A DNA stretch of 64,000 bases from NCBI RefSeq assembly GCF_009914755.1, contig NC_060925.1; one strand, written 5' to 3'. Below the pieces are notes generated by a model. The model was not told the origin of the DNA and did no database searches. It worked only from the letters and a program-made list of their open reading frames with translations. Made by a program: the position numbers and the translations under genes. The stretch's first letter is position 1. Each line of letters opens with the position of its first letter. The stretch comes from the human T2T-CHM13v2.0 reference genome, Homo sapiens. Positions 11,713-24,061 of this stretch are shown here, in pieces.

Positions 11713-11849
11713 GGTGACGTTTGTGGCAGAAGAAGTGGAGCCAGGGACTGGGGAGAAGAAACGCAAACACATGATGGGTTAAAAACTGGTGAAATCGAAT
11801 AGGTTTAATCAGGACTGAGGAAGGTCAGTAACTGAAATTCTTAACTTAC

Positions 11850-11920
11850 TGTTGAGAAAAACGTGATCACTCCCCACAGCACTTTAAGATCCTTCACCAC
11901 AAAAACAAGGTTCGAGGTGC
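11850..11920 (-). other. Probable NBPF7 5' UTR exon (71 nt)
   Basis: Consensus GTAAGT donor at 11844-11849 and CTCAG|GCAC acceptor, separated from the coding exon by a 102-nt intron. Confidence 0.6.
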
Positions 11921-14900
11921 CTGAGCTCAGAGCTGAAGGCACTGCCTGTAGCTCAGACTCTGACAAGAGTGAGGTAGATTGTGGCCAGCGTGCCAGGTAA
12001 CGGTCTGCAGTTGCAATAACAGAATTAGAAGGTGGGGGTGTCATGGAATCTTAGGAGCCCTGCATTCCAATTGCCCAGGCTTTGCTGAAACACAGGCACC
12101 CTGGTCTCACTTGAGGGTCACCACCAATGGGGATCATTCCTTCAGCATTCACTCTCAGTATTCGTGTACCCTTGTGACAATGCCACAGACCCATCTCTTT
12201 CCCAATACATCTAAGCATATTCCTCACTGTTTATCTCTTGTCTGTACAACATCATCAACCAGAAACAGTTTCCCAACAGGTTATATTTTCTTAATGGTAG
12301 TCATGAAGTCACCCCACCTGCTCTAAGTTAAAACAGAGCTTAAGCCTTTTCCACAGGTATAAGATATCAAACTTTTAGCCTGCCCTGATATCCTCTGGGT
12401 CTTCTGCAGTTTTTTCTGTATCCACTAGAAAGTGAATGAATAATTCATTTTTTAAAAATGTTTTCTTTCCTGTCTCAGTATTCTTCTTGCTGCATCCCAT
12501 GGTTATGTTGATTTCTTTTTTCTTACTGGGGCACCATCTTGGGCTTTCATTATGCTCTAGACCAGTTTGACATCCCTACGTCCAAAGCTCTTCCTCTACA
12601 TGGGTTGATTTGTTTTTTAATGTCTCTGAGCACTACATTTTATACTTGTCACTTATGAATGTCATTCTAGTGCCACAAGAGCTCTTTTCAAGATATCAAG
12701 TGATCAAAATCATTTATATAGAGAGATCTCCTGAAAACATGTGTGACCATCTATTTTGGGAAGTTTCATAAACTTGATGCTATTTTATTGTTTCCATTTC
12801 ATTTTCCCATATATTGAAAAGAACAGGGCCATGAACAGTTCTTATGGAATATGGTTTGATATATATTTTGCTGAGTTGGACTAACACCATTTGTTTTTGG
12901 TTACATTCCACTAACAGAACATGGCAAGATAAGTTTATGGTCAGGGTTGGTTGGTGATCCTCAGTGTTGCTGCGCAGTAGAAGGTGAGTTTGAGGTGAGA
13001 GGAACAAGTAGGAAAGAGTGATCCCCTGAACCACCTCCTCACTTTCTTAGCTTTCAACCCCACCTAGGTTTTGTGAGCCTGGAACTTGGGAGACTGTTCG
13101 GTAGCCCAGGTCTCCTAAGAGTGGGTGCAGTGGCTGTGACCCTGGGCTGCTCAGCATTCATGTGGAAATGAAGGAAGGAGGACTGGATCAATCCCATTTG
13201 AAAGCATCCTTCTCTGCAGCCCACACAATCCTCCAATGACACTGTAAGGATCCTGCTTTGAAATGTATCAAAGACTTTAAATCAATGTATTTTCTGGGGT
13301 CTGGGAGGCCTGACATTCTGTGTCAGAATGAAAATCTATCAAGTTTCTTCATTTTAAAAATGATAAAACTGCAGGTTCACAAAGTTACATGGCTTACTTG
13401 AGGTCACACAGGGATGAGTTTTCAGCACTGCCAGTAGAAGCAATCACAATAATTATTCAGTAATTATTCATAGGATCCATGCAATTCAGTAAATATTCAC
13501 ATAATTATTTAGTAATTATTCATTGAACAATTCATACCAGGCATTTTGTTCAAAACTGTGCTAATATTTCCACAGTGTATTTTTATCATAATCCTATTAT
13601 GGTAATGCTATTATCCATAAGTAACAGGTGATAAACCTGAAGATGAGGGATAGCTAATCATGTATTTGGCCATATTTCCATTTTTTGGTTTTTGGGATGC
13701 TGGATGAATGACCAGAATGAGTCACAGGAAGAGTATTCATTCCTGTTTTATTTTCCAGGACAGAGGTGTACCCTCCTAGTGTACTGGGACCAAAATTCGG
13801 AAGTGTCTGCAAACTTGCTTTAACCGTATGGGAAATAACCTCTATCACCTGGAATTTCCTTGGGACTTTGGAAAATACAAGAGAAGTATGAGACTTGGGT
13901 CTTCCCTTGGCTGTGTTTAATTCACTCTTCTATGGAATACCAATGATTCTCACTAAGACTTTTGCCTTTTTATAACCACAATGTATGCTTTATGGAGAAG
14001 ATTTTACTCTTTGCTCTACTTAGAAAGAATAAATACGAGCAATGCTTTAGGTTTTATGCCCTGGACTTAATATTTTTCTGATTTCTGTTTTGAGATTAAA
14101 TTCTCATGTAAATAGAAAAAATGCTTATTATTTCTCATAAGGCCAAGTTTGTTATTAGTTTGATTGAGTTTTTGAAGATGAGTTACAAACTTTTGATTTT
14201 GTCTTTGTCTGTCCCCATCAGCGCCACTCATTGTCTCTTAGTATGACCTGGTCTTGTCCCTGCACTTACCCTTGTCCTGCTGAGCCATCTCCATGCACTG
14301 TCCAATTCCATCAGTGATTCGGGGTCCTCCCAAGGCTCACTGAAATGGGCACAGGGATCAGGATGTCAGACACATTCCAGACACAAAGGCAACCCATACT
14401 GTAGAGTGGGCAGCTGTGTTCCCACTTCCCTAATGTTCCAGTGATGTCCTCAAACTGAAGGGAACACTTTTCCTTTTTAGGGGTCTGTTCTTCATGTCTC
14501 AATGCCTCTGATCTAGTGAACACAACTGTCCTGAAAGTGAAAGAACCTGCTAAATTTCGGGTTTCTGGTTAGGTGGCTAGAATAGATTTATAAGACTTCC
14601 TTACTTACCCATGACTGCTGAAGTTTGAATTCTTAGCAGTATGATTCCTTTTCTTGTAAGCTGAGCAGCTTAGGAAAGATTGGCCATGTTGCTGTGCAAA
14701 AAGAGGTAAACTTAATTTCTACTCAAAGCATGCTCGAATTTGAAACTAGGGCTTCCACTCTTCCAAAGCTGGACTATCACTGCCTCAGGCATGTGTCCCG
14801 AAGGGCTCTTGTCTCTGTTGTACTCAAAGTTTAAATGGAGACCAGCAAGCCAGGTTTCCTTTACTTCTAGGTTCCCTCAACAGTTTCTTCTCTGCTTTAG

Positions 14901-15457
14901 AGACTTCCTTGAAAATATTCTTGTCCTGCTGTTGTGTTTTGGCTTTGGAATGATGTGATGCAGCTCAATGGGTCCTACCCCTAAGTTGATCAGAGTAATA
15001 AACAGCTGGGAAAGTCAGTGCAAATACAAGTTCATCGTCCTCCTTGCAGGGATTCTGATTCAGAGGGCTCAGGTGGGGCCTGGAATGTGTTTGTTAACAT
15101 GACTCAGATGTGCAGTCAATTTAGGGACCCGCTGATACCATCAGCCTTACAGTTTATGGGATGATTCTTTCTGTTTTGCTGATGAAGAAACTGAGGCACA
15201 GAGAATCTGTAACTTGCCCAAGTTCCCCTTGCTGTAAGTCCTGGAGCCAGATCTCAGGTGGAGCAGCCTCTTCCCCCATCCCCTTCCCACATTTTCCAAT
15301 TCAGCTGGGTCAATTCTTTCCAAGTACGTGTTTCTCTCCCCTATACCTCATTTCTGAAAAAAGGAAAACTGGAATTTAACTTCTTTCATCTAATACATTT
15401 CCTCACAACATGCTGCCAGCATCATATTCTGGCCACTCACTATTAAAGTGAGATGCC

Positions 15458-15756
15458 TTTTTTTTTTTTTTTTTTTGAGACAGGGTCTTGTTCTGTCACC
15501 CAGGCTGGAGTGCAGTGGTGATTATAGATCACTGCAACCTCAAACTCCTGGGGTCAAGTGATCTTCCTGCCTCAGCTTTCCCACTAGTTGGAACTCTAGG
15601 CACACATCACCATTTCTGGCTAGTTTTTTTGTTTTTCATAGAGACAAGGTCTTGCTATGTTGCTCGGGCTGGTTTTGAACTTCTGGCCCCAAGCAATCCT
15701 CCCACCTAGGCCTCCAAAAGTGCTGGGATTACAGGAGTGAGCCACTTAGGCTAGCC
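15458..15756 (-). mobile_element. AluJ-like
   Basis: Poly-T plus a diverged antisense Alu. Approximate TSD TGAGATGCC / TGAAATGCT. Confidence 0.85.
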
Positions 15757-15869
15757 CTGAAATGCTTTTGTTTTTGTTTGTGTTTTTTGTTTTTTAATGA
15801 AAATACAGGACATGGAGATGTGGAAAGACACCTTGCTTTATTACTGTTGTTATTATTATTATTACTACA

Positions 15870-16970
15870 GTATAATTCATGTATCACAAAATTCACGATT
15901 TTTAAGCATACCTTTCAGTATTTTTTACTATATTCCAAAAGTTTGCAGCCAGCAGCACTACCTAATTCCAAAATATTTTCATAATGCCAAAAAGCATGCC
16001 TGCACCTATGGGCTGTCACTCTGCAATTCCCCCCTTCTTGCAGTCTCTGACAACCACTAATCTACTTTCTCTATATATAGATGTACTTGTTCTGGGCACT
16101 TCCTCTATATGGAATAACAAATTGTGGCATTTTGCATCTGCTTCTCAGCATAGTGTCCTCAAGTTTCATCCTTTTTAGCCTGCAGCAGTACTTCAACATT
16201 TTATGGCCAAATAATATTCCACTATATGGTTATACCTAATTTTGTTTATTCATTTAACAATGTTTTCACTTTTTAACTATTATGAATAATGCTGCTATGA
16301 ACAGCTTTGTACATGTTTTTGAGTGAACATCTGTTTTTCATTTTTTTGGTTATAAACCTAGGAGTGCAATTGCTGCATCATATATCACTTTATGTTTAAC
16401 TTTTTTATGTTTAATTTTTTTATGTTTAACTTCTTGAGGAACTCACACACTGTTTTCCAACCTCAGTGGCTATGCTACTTTACATTCCCACTAGTAATAT
16501 ATGAGAATTCCATATTCTCCATAACTTTCCAAACATGTATTGTCTTTATTTTTTTCTTAAGTCATACTAATGGGTGTAAAGTGGTATCTCATTTTGGTTT
16601 GAATTTACATTTTCCTAATGATGAAAAACATCGAACATCTTTGCATGTGCTTCTTGGCCATTTGTGTGTTTCCTTTAGAGAAACCTCTACTCACAACTTT
16701 TCTCCCATTGTTAAATGTGGTTGTCTTTTATTGCTCAGTTATATGAATCCCTTATATACTCTAGGTATTAGACCCTTGTCAAATACATAATTTGGAAATA
16801 GTTCTCCCATTATGTGGATCATCTTTTCACTTCCTTGACAATGTCCTTTGAAGCATACAAGTTTTTTATTTTATGAAGTCCATTTATCTATCTATTTTGG
16901 GGTTGTTTGTGCCTTCTTAAAAAATGTCTAATCCAAAGTCACAAAGATTTGTACCTATGTTTTCTTTAAG
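15870..16970 (-). mobile_element. Old L1M 3' fragment
   Basis: Antisense L1 3' motifs (ATGAATAATGCTGCTATGAACA, GTGGTATCTCATTTTGGTTT). Boundaries approximate. Confidence 0.7.
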
Positions 16971-18244
16971 ACATCGTTTTTTGAATGAGAACTTTCCTGG
17001 GTTTTAGTGGAGGGTGGACATTGTTTATTTATGCCTTCTGTCCATTACTGATATTTCTCCTGATTGTTATTCATATGCTCACCACCCCTCCATGGAGCAT
17101 CCGTGGCCTGTAACAGAGCTCTGGGGACCGATATCCTTCCACTGACTTTGGCACTGGTGAGAGCCCTGGTCATGTGGTTCAGCTTGGCCTTAACCCGACC
17201 CAGTTGCACATATTCTTCAGGGCCTTTAGAATTGAAGTTGAGAGGCTCTCTGAGAACGCTTGCCAGCCCATGCTGTTCTAAGGCTGGAGCAAACTTCTAC
17301 CGTCTATTCCAGACAGAGGGGACCACAGGAGTTGGACTCAGTCAAGACATCTCTGGTGTTAGAAAGTAGACCTGCTTCAGGATTTGGGGAAGATTGTTCA
17401 ATATGAACTACGTCCTCCCTAATTATTTTTACTATATGTGTGACTTCTTTCTAGAAACAAAGGAAGAATATTTATGTTAGAATATTTTGTCTATTCTTTG
17501 TCAATCGTTGTTTGTCTACAATTTTAACGTGGATTAAGGAGAGCTCAGTGTAAATATATTCTTAACAATTAATTATGGTCCATGTCCACTGCCATGCAAT
17601 CATATTTAAATCTATGAACTATCCTGTTACTTAGGTATTATCCTGCTCCTGATGAGAAAACAAACTCAGAAAGATTGCAAAATTTCCCTAGGTCACAAAA
17701 CTAGTGAAGAGAGGAATAAGAATTAGAAACCAGTTCCTTTTGGCCTTCAAAGCTAACCGTGTACCATTAGATCAAACTGATTTACATACTTTTGCTGGAA
17801 TTAGTCTCAGAGTTTGTGGTTCTCGCTTGATTTTCCCAAGGAAACTGTGCCACTTTAATATCATTTCAAACTTTGAAATTTAAAACTTTTTTATTATACT
17901 TTTTTGTCTTTGTTCTATTCCATTGCTTTTGGTTTCTTCTCAACTGATCCCTCTTATTTATATGCTAAATATTTGTTACCTATATTCTGTCAATTTTCAC
18001 ATTTTTGAGTGTTTTCTCTCTCTTTGTTGTATGCTAACAGTTCTTCACTGAGGTATAATTTGCATAGAGTATATTGCAAAAAACCTAAAGGTACAGCTTA
18101 ATAAATTTTGACATAATTATACATTATATAATAACACCCAGTTCAAGACAGACAACATTTTCCTCCATGCCACAAAGTTCTGATGTGGTCCTTGCAAGTC
18201 AATACTCATCCCCCAAAGGAAGAATGTATTCTGAATGTTGTCAC

Positions 18245-18676
18245 TGCCTTAGTCCCTTTTTGTTGCTAGAAAGGAATACCAGAGGCTGGGTAATTTATAA
18301 AGAAAAGAGGTGCATTTTGCTCATAGTTCTACAGGCTGCACAAGAAGCATGGCACTCGCATCTGCTCCTAATGAGGGCCTGAGGCTGCTTCCACTTGCAG
18401 CAGAAGGTGAAAAGGAACCAGTGTGTGCAGAGATCATATGGTGAGAGAGGAAGCAAAAGAGAGCAAGTAAAGGTGACAGACACTTTTTAATAACCAGCTC
18501 CTACAGGAACTAAGAGAGTGAGAATTCACTCACTACCTTCTCCCAAGGTGGGGATCAACCTATTCATGAGGGATCCACTCCCATGACCCAAACACCTCCC
18601 ATTAATCCCCACCTCCAATACTGGGGACCACATTTAAACATGTGATTTGGAGGGGACCAATATCTAAACTATAGCA
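18245..18676 (-). mobile_element. MaLR solo LTR (MST-like)
   Basis: TG...CA ends with MST/THE1-type motifs (GGCTGGGTAATTTATAAAGAAAAGAGG; CCATGACCCAAACACCTCCCATT). Confidence 0.8.
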
Positions 18677-18731
18677 ACCACTATAGATTAATTTTGCTTA
18701 TTCGTGTGCTTCACAAAAATGGAATCATTTT

Positions 18732-19014
18732 GGCCGGGCCTGGTAGCTCATGCCTGTAATCCCAAGACTTTGTGAGGCTGAGGCAGGCAGATCACCTGAA
18801 GTCAGGGGTTCGCAACCAGCCTGGCCGACATGGCAAAACCCTGTCTCTACTGAATATACAAAAATTAGCCGGGTGTGGTGGCAGGTGCCTGTAATCCCAG
18901 CTACTTGGGAGGCTGAGGCAGGGAAAATTTCTTGAACCCAGGAGGCAGAGCCGAGATCGTGCCACTGCACTCCAGCCTGGGAGACAGAGTGAGACTCTGT
19001 CTCAAAACAATAAC
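18732..19014 (+). mobile_element. AluS
   Basis: TSD AAAATGGAATCATTT at 18716-18730 and 19015-19029. Confidence 0.88.
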
Positions 19015-19189
19015 AAAATGGAATCATTTAGTATGTTCTCTTGTTTTGACTTCTCTTTACTCAGGTGGGTATATATGCCACTAATTTGTTTGATTGTGTT
19101 TTTTCCTTGTTTCATTTTGTTTTGGCCAAGTAATATCCTATTGATGGTATGACTATCATACAATTTAATATCCATTTTTCTGATGGGAG

Positions 19190-19455
19190 ACAGGTTTACT
19201 TGTTGGCTACTGTGCATAAGTAACTATGAATATTCTCATACAATTACTTCTGTGAAGATACATACTTATTTTCCTGGGTATCTATAGCTAGGGATAGAGT
19301 TGCTTGGTGAACGGGTAGAGAAACAGGTTTACTTGTTGGCTACTGTGCATAAGTAACTATGAATATTCTCATACAATTATTTCTGTGAAGACACATACTT
19401 ATTTTCCTGAGTATCTGTAACTAGGGATGGAGTTGTTTGGTGAATGGGTAGAAAA
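19190..19455. repeat. 133-bp direct tandem duplication inside old L1 sequence
   Basis: ACAGGTTTACTTGTTGGCTACTGTGCATAAGTAACTATG... begins at both 19190 and 19323. Confidence 0.92.
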
Positions 19456-20155
19456 CAGACACAGAGTTTTGCAAAGTAATTGTATTATTTTACATTTCTG
19501 TGAAAGATGTAGGCCATTTCCAGTCGCTCTACATTTCCACACACTTAATATGTTCAGTTTTTTAAATAATAGCCATTCTACCAGGTGTGTAGTGATATCC
19601 TATTTTGGTTTTCTCATGCCTAATGTTCATTTAGATGTCTTCTTATGGAAAATATCTTTTCAATTTTTTATGTTCATTGATACACTGGGGTGTTTGTCAT
19701 TTTCTTTGTGAACTATAGGAGTTCTTTATATATTTTGAATGAGTCCATTTATATATACATATTTTTTGCTGTATTATATAGCAAATAATTATTCCTGGTC
19801 TACAGATAGCTTTTTAGTTGTTAAACAACAACATAATAAGCAGAAGGTTTTCAAAAATGAAGTGCAATTCACTTGATTTCTTACTGTGGAAAGTGCTACA
19901 GTATCTAGTCTAAGAAATATTTTCCTATATCAAGTTCATGAAACTATTTCCTCTTTTTCCTTTACAAGGTTTCTAATTTTAACTTTCACATCTTAAGTTA
20001 ATTTCAATGTATGATGGAGAGTGGTTGTTAATATTAACTTTTTAAAACAATAAATATTATTTCACTCAAAATCGTTTTACTTAAAAGTCTTTCATTTCCC
20101 CAATGAAGGGCATTGGTGTCTTTGTTTTTAAAACATTTAGAAGTGGCGGTGCGAG

Positions 20156-20416
20156 CATGTTCTCACTCATGGGTGGGAATTGAACAATGAGAACACTTGG
20201 ACACAGGGCGCAGAACATCACACACTGGGGCCTGTCTTGGGGTGAGGGCTGGGGGAGGGATAGCATTAGGAGAAATATCTAATGTAAATGACGAGTTAAT
20301 GGGTGCGGCAAACCAACATGGCACAGGTACACCTATGCAACAAACCTGCACGTTGTGCGCATGTACCCTAGAACTTAAAGTATAATAATAAAAAATATAT
20401 ATACATATATATAAAA
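20156..20416 (+). mobile_element. 5'-truncated L1PA 3' end
   Basis: L1PA 3' UTR (CATGTTCTCACTCAT...GAACTTAAAGTATAATAATAAA). 17-bp TSD AGAAGTGGCGG[T/A]GCGAG at 20139-20155 and 20417-20433. Confidence 0.92.
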
Positions 20417-21230
20417 AGAAGTGGCGGAGCGAGGGCTACTGCACAGCTAGCAGAGCCGTGGTGAGGAGGAGCGCGCCTGCCCCGAGCTCTCCACCTCCCC
20501 CGCCCGCCAGCCCAGGCGGCCCCAGCAGTAGCGACCAGAGGAGCCCCTGCAGCAGCGCGACGGCCAGGTGGACGCCTCCATCTACAGCCTCATGGCGGAC
20601 GGGACCTGTTAGGACACAGCCATTGTGGGCAACAAGGACTCGCCCTCCATCTGGGCCGCCGTCCCAGGGAAAATCTTCGTCAACATCACGCCAGCTGAGG
20701 TTGGTGTCCTGGTTGGCAAAGACTGGTCAAACTTTTTCGTGAATGGGCTGACACTGGGGGGCCAGAAATATACTGTGGTCCCGGACTCACTGCTGCAGGA
20801 TGGGGAATTGACCGCGGATCTTCATGTGAAGAGCATCGGTGGAGCCCCCACCTTCAATGTCACTATCACCATGACTGCCAAGACGCTAGGCCTGCTGATG
20901 GGCAAAGGTGTCCACGGCAGTTTCACCATTTCATAACAAAGAAATGTTATGAAATGGCCTCCCACCTTCAGCGTTCCCAGTACTGACCTCCTTTGTTCCT
21001 TCCCCTCCACCGCTCCCCACAACTTTGCCCCCCTTTCCTTCTCATACACACACCATTTTAATTTCGGGGGCCATTACCCCACACCCCTTATTGCTGCCAA
21101 AACCGCATGGGCTGGGGGCCAGGGATAGATGGACAGACAGCTTCCCCTACCCATACCCCTCCTGTGTGTGGTTGGAAAACTTTTTTGTTTTGATGGAATT
21201 TTTATGAATAAAAAAGCTTCTACTAAAAAA
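20417..21230 (+). pseudogene. PFN1P9: Processed profilin-1 pseudogene
   Basis: Intronless PFN1 copy with 5' UTR, CDS remnant (20560-20986; [29 protein letters not shown]) and 3' UTR with AATAAA at 21207-21212. Lesions: ATG>ACG, a 1-nt deletion, TAG at 20610-20612 and a frameshift near the C-terminus. The pseudogene number is from recalled locus context. Confidence 0.9.
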
Positions 21231-22185
21231 TTAAATAACTGTGCATATGTGGGCATATTGTTTGAATCTGTATTCTTTTACTTTGATATATTTATGAATA
21301 CTTACACCAGTACTACCATTTTTAAACTACTGTAGCTTTAAAATCAGGTTTGAAATCTAGCAGAGTAAGTCCTCCAACTTATTGCTTCTTCAAGATCGAC
21401 TTGCTTATTCTAGGTTCTTTGATTTTCAAATACATTTTGAAATTAGCTTTTATATTTCTCTAAAATCTCCTACTAGAAATATTAATCAGAATTGTGTTGA
21501 TGTAATATGTTAACAAAATTGAGACTTTCAATCAATGAACATGATATATATTTCTGTAGTCTTCTTTAATTTTTCTCATCAATTGCTTTTAGGGGCCTTG
21601 TACCTGCTTCATTGCATGTATTGTTAAGCATGTAATGATTCTAGCTATTAATCTCTATTATGTTTTATTGAATTTCATTTTCTAGCTGCTAATTGCTAGT
21701 ATGGAGAAATTAAGATGATGAAATCAACTTTATAAAGGCATAATTTCGGTACAACAGACTGCACCACTTTAAAATGTGTAATTCAATGCATGTTTACAAA
21801 TGGATACACTAACGGAACTACTGCCACAACCAAGATAGAGGAAATTCCCTATGCCCCAAAGTTTCTTGTACCCCTTTGCAGTTCATCAGTCTTTCAACCC
21901 TCAGCCCCAAGGAGCCGCTGTCACTTCAGGTCCGTTTGCATTTTTAACCATTTTCTATAAATGAAATGATACCTGTGTTCTTTTGTGTCTGCCTTCTTTC
22001 ATGCATCAACGTAATTTTAAAATCCATCCATATGAGTATTTGCATCAACAGTTAATGCCTTGTAATTGCTGAGTAGTATTCCTTCGTGTGGCTATACCAT
22101 GTTTGTTTGTCCTTTTACTTGTTATTGGACATTTCTATCATTCCACGTTTGGGCTATTATGAAGAAACTATCATGAGCATCCATA

Positions 22186-22753
22186 TGTGGCAGGCCAGGT
22201 CTCACTAATGCAGGCCTCCCTAACAACTGTTTCAGTACTGACTGAGTGGTTCAGTTAAATATTAAAAGGAAAGAAAAAAAAAAGCCAGTGCCTTTATACA
22301 AAGGCTGGAATGTAACAAAAGCCCACCAAGAGTTTTGCCTAGGCTTTTTCTGGGCCTTAGAGCATGACAAAATAACGAAGGAATTCTTAACAGGAGTCAT
22401 TTAGTATTAAACAAGTTTTATTGGGGGTCTGAAGAAACTCCCCAGGCCTCCAGAAACAAGTTTATTGGAGGTCCAGAGGAAGGTCTTCAGGACTCAGACC
22501 TTAGTTATAGAGTAAATGAAGTTAATCACTTATGTATTTAGATGAATGCACACTTCCACATACACATATAGCTTAGAAGGTACATAAGCTCTGGAAAACT
22601 TTGTAATTTTGAGTTGGTCTGGTGATAATTTCCAGGCCTTTTCCCTGTAACCAGTTGCAGAAGTAAAAACTCTCTTCCTCCCCAGTTCATCTACATCTCG
22701 TTACTGGGCCACGAGAAATAGCAGCCCGCCCCTCAGTTTGGTCTGGAAACACA
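22186..22753. mobile_element. ERV1-class solo LTR (LTR26-like)
   Basis: TG...CA ends with 4-bp TSD CATA (22182-22185, 22754-22757), interrupting an old L1. Family name from recall of the terminal sequence TGTGGCAGGCCAGGTCTCACTAA. Confidence 0.75.
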
Positions 22754-23757
22754 CATACAGATCACTGTGCAGACATGCTGTGTAAATTCCTAGGAATGGA
22801 ATGACTGTCCATCTGATTTGTATATGTTTAACCTTTAAGAAACTGTTAGATTTTCAAAGGAGTCATACCATTTTTCATTCCTACAAGTATAAGACTTCCA
22901 AGTGCTTTATATCCTCACCAACATATGCTATTTTCAACCTTTTTAATTTTAGCCATTCTCAAGGATATCTACTGGTATCTCATTGCTGTATTTATTGATC
23001 TCCCTGATGACTAAACAGCAAAGCATGTTTTCCTATGATAATTGACCATTCATGTATCTTCTTTTCTGGGAGTATCTTTTCAAGTCTTTTGAGAAATTGT
23101 TTCATTGTGTCGTTTATCTTATCAGACTGCAATAGATAGATAGATAGATAGACTTAAAAAACCCTTTGTTGGAGATAAATATGATATCTCCTCTATTGTG
23201 GCTTCTTTTTATGTTATCTTACTGTTCCCTATTTGGAGATAATGATAGATAATCTTCAAAAAAAAAAACCTTCACATATATATATGTGGGTGTGGGTGTG
23301 TATACGTATATGTATGTCCTAAGAATCATTAATTAGACATATATGTGAGTATCTATTTCTGGATTCTCTCTTCTCTTCCACTGATATATGTTCTATTTTT
23401 TTCAACAAAATACATGATCTTGATTTTCATAGCTGTAGAGTAATTCTGGAAATAGGTAGTGAATTCATTCACCATTATTCTTTTATAATATTGCTGTCTT
23501 ATTATTATTGATAATTGACATTACCATATAAACGGTAGAATCAGCTTGTAAATTTCTACCAAAATGCCGGTTGGAATTTTTATTAGAATTGCATTAGATC
23601 TGGAGACCAATTTCTGAAGAACTGACTTTTTAAACACAACAACTCTTCTTATACATGACAAAGTTTATCTCCCCACTAATTTAGTTATTTCATGATTTCT
23701 CAAAGTGATTTTTTTTTGTAGTTTTTGGTGTACTGGCCTTGAATAAATTTTGTTGAC

Positions 23758-24061
23758 TTTCTTTCTTTCTTTCTTTCTTTCGAGACAGAGTCTCGTTGTG
23801 TTACCCAGGCTGGAGTGCAGTGATGTGATCTCAGCTCACTGAACCTCTGCCTCCCAGGTTCAAGTGATCCTCCTGCCTCAGCCTCCTGAGTAGCTGGGAC
23901 TACAGGCACATGCCACCACGCCCAGCTAATTTTTTGTATTTTTAGTAGAGATGGGGTTTCGCTGTGTTAGGCATGATGGTCTCAATCTCCTGACCTCATG
24001 ATCTGCCCACCTCGGCCTCCCAAAGTACTGAGATTACAGGTGTGAGCCACCTCGTCTGGTC
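23758..24061 (-). mobile_element. AluS
   Basis: (TTTC)n tail plus the antisense Alu body. Confidence 0.88.

Noticed and set aside
20625-20936. 103-aa profilin-like ORF as a functional gene
   Set aside because: Non-ATG start, with the N- and C-terminal helices lost to a stop and frameshifts.
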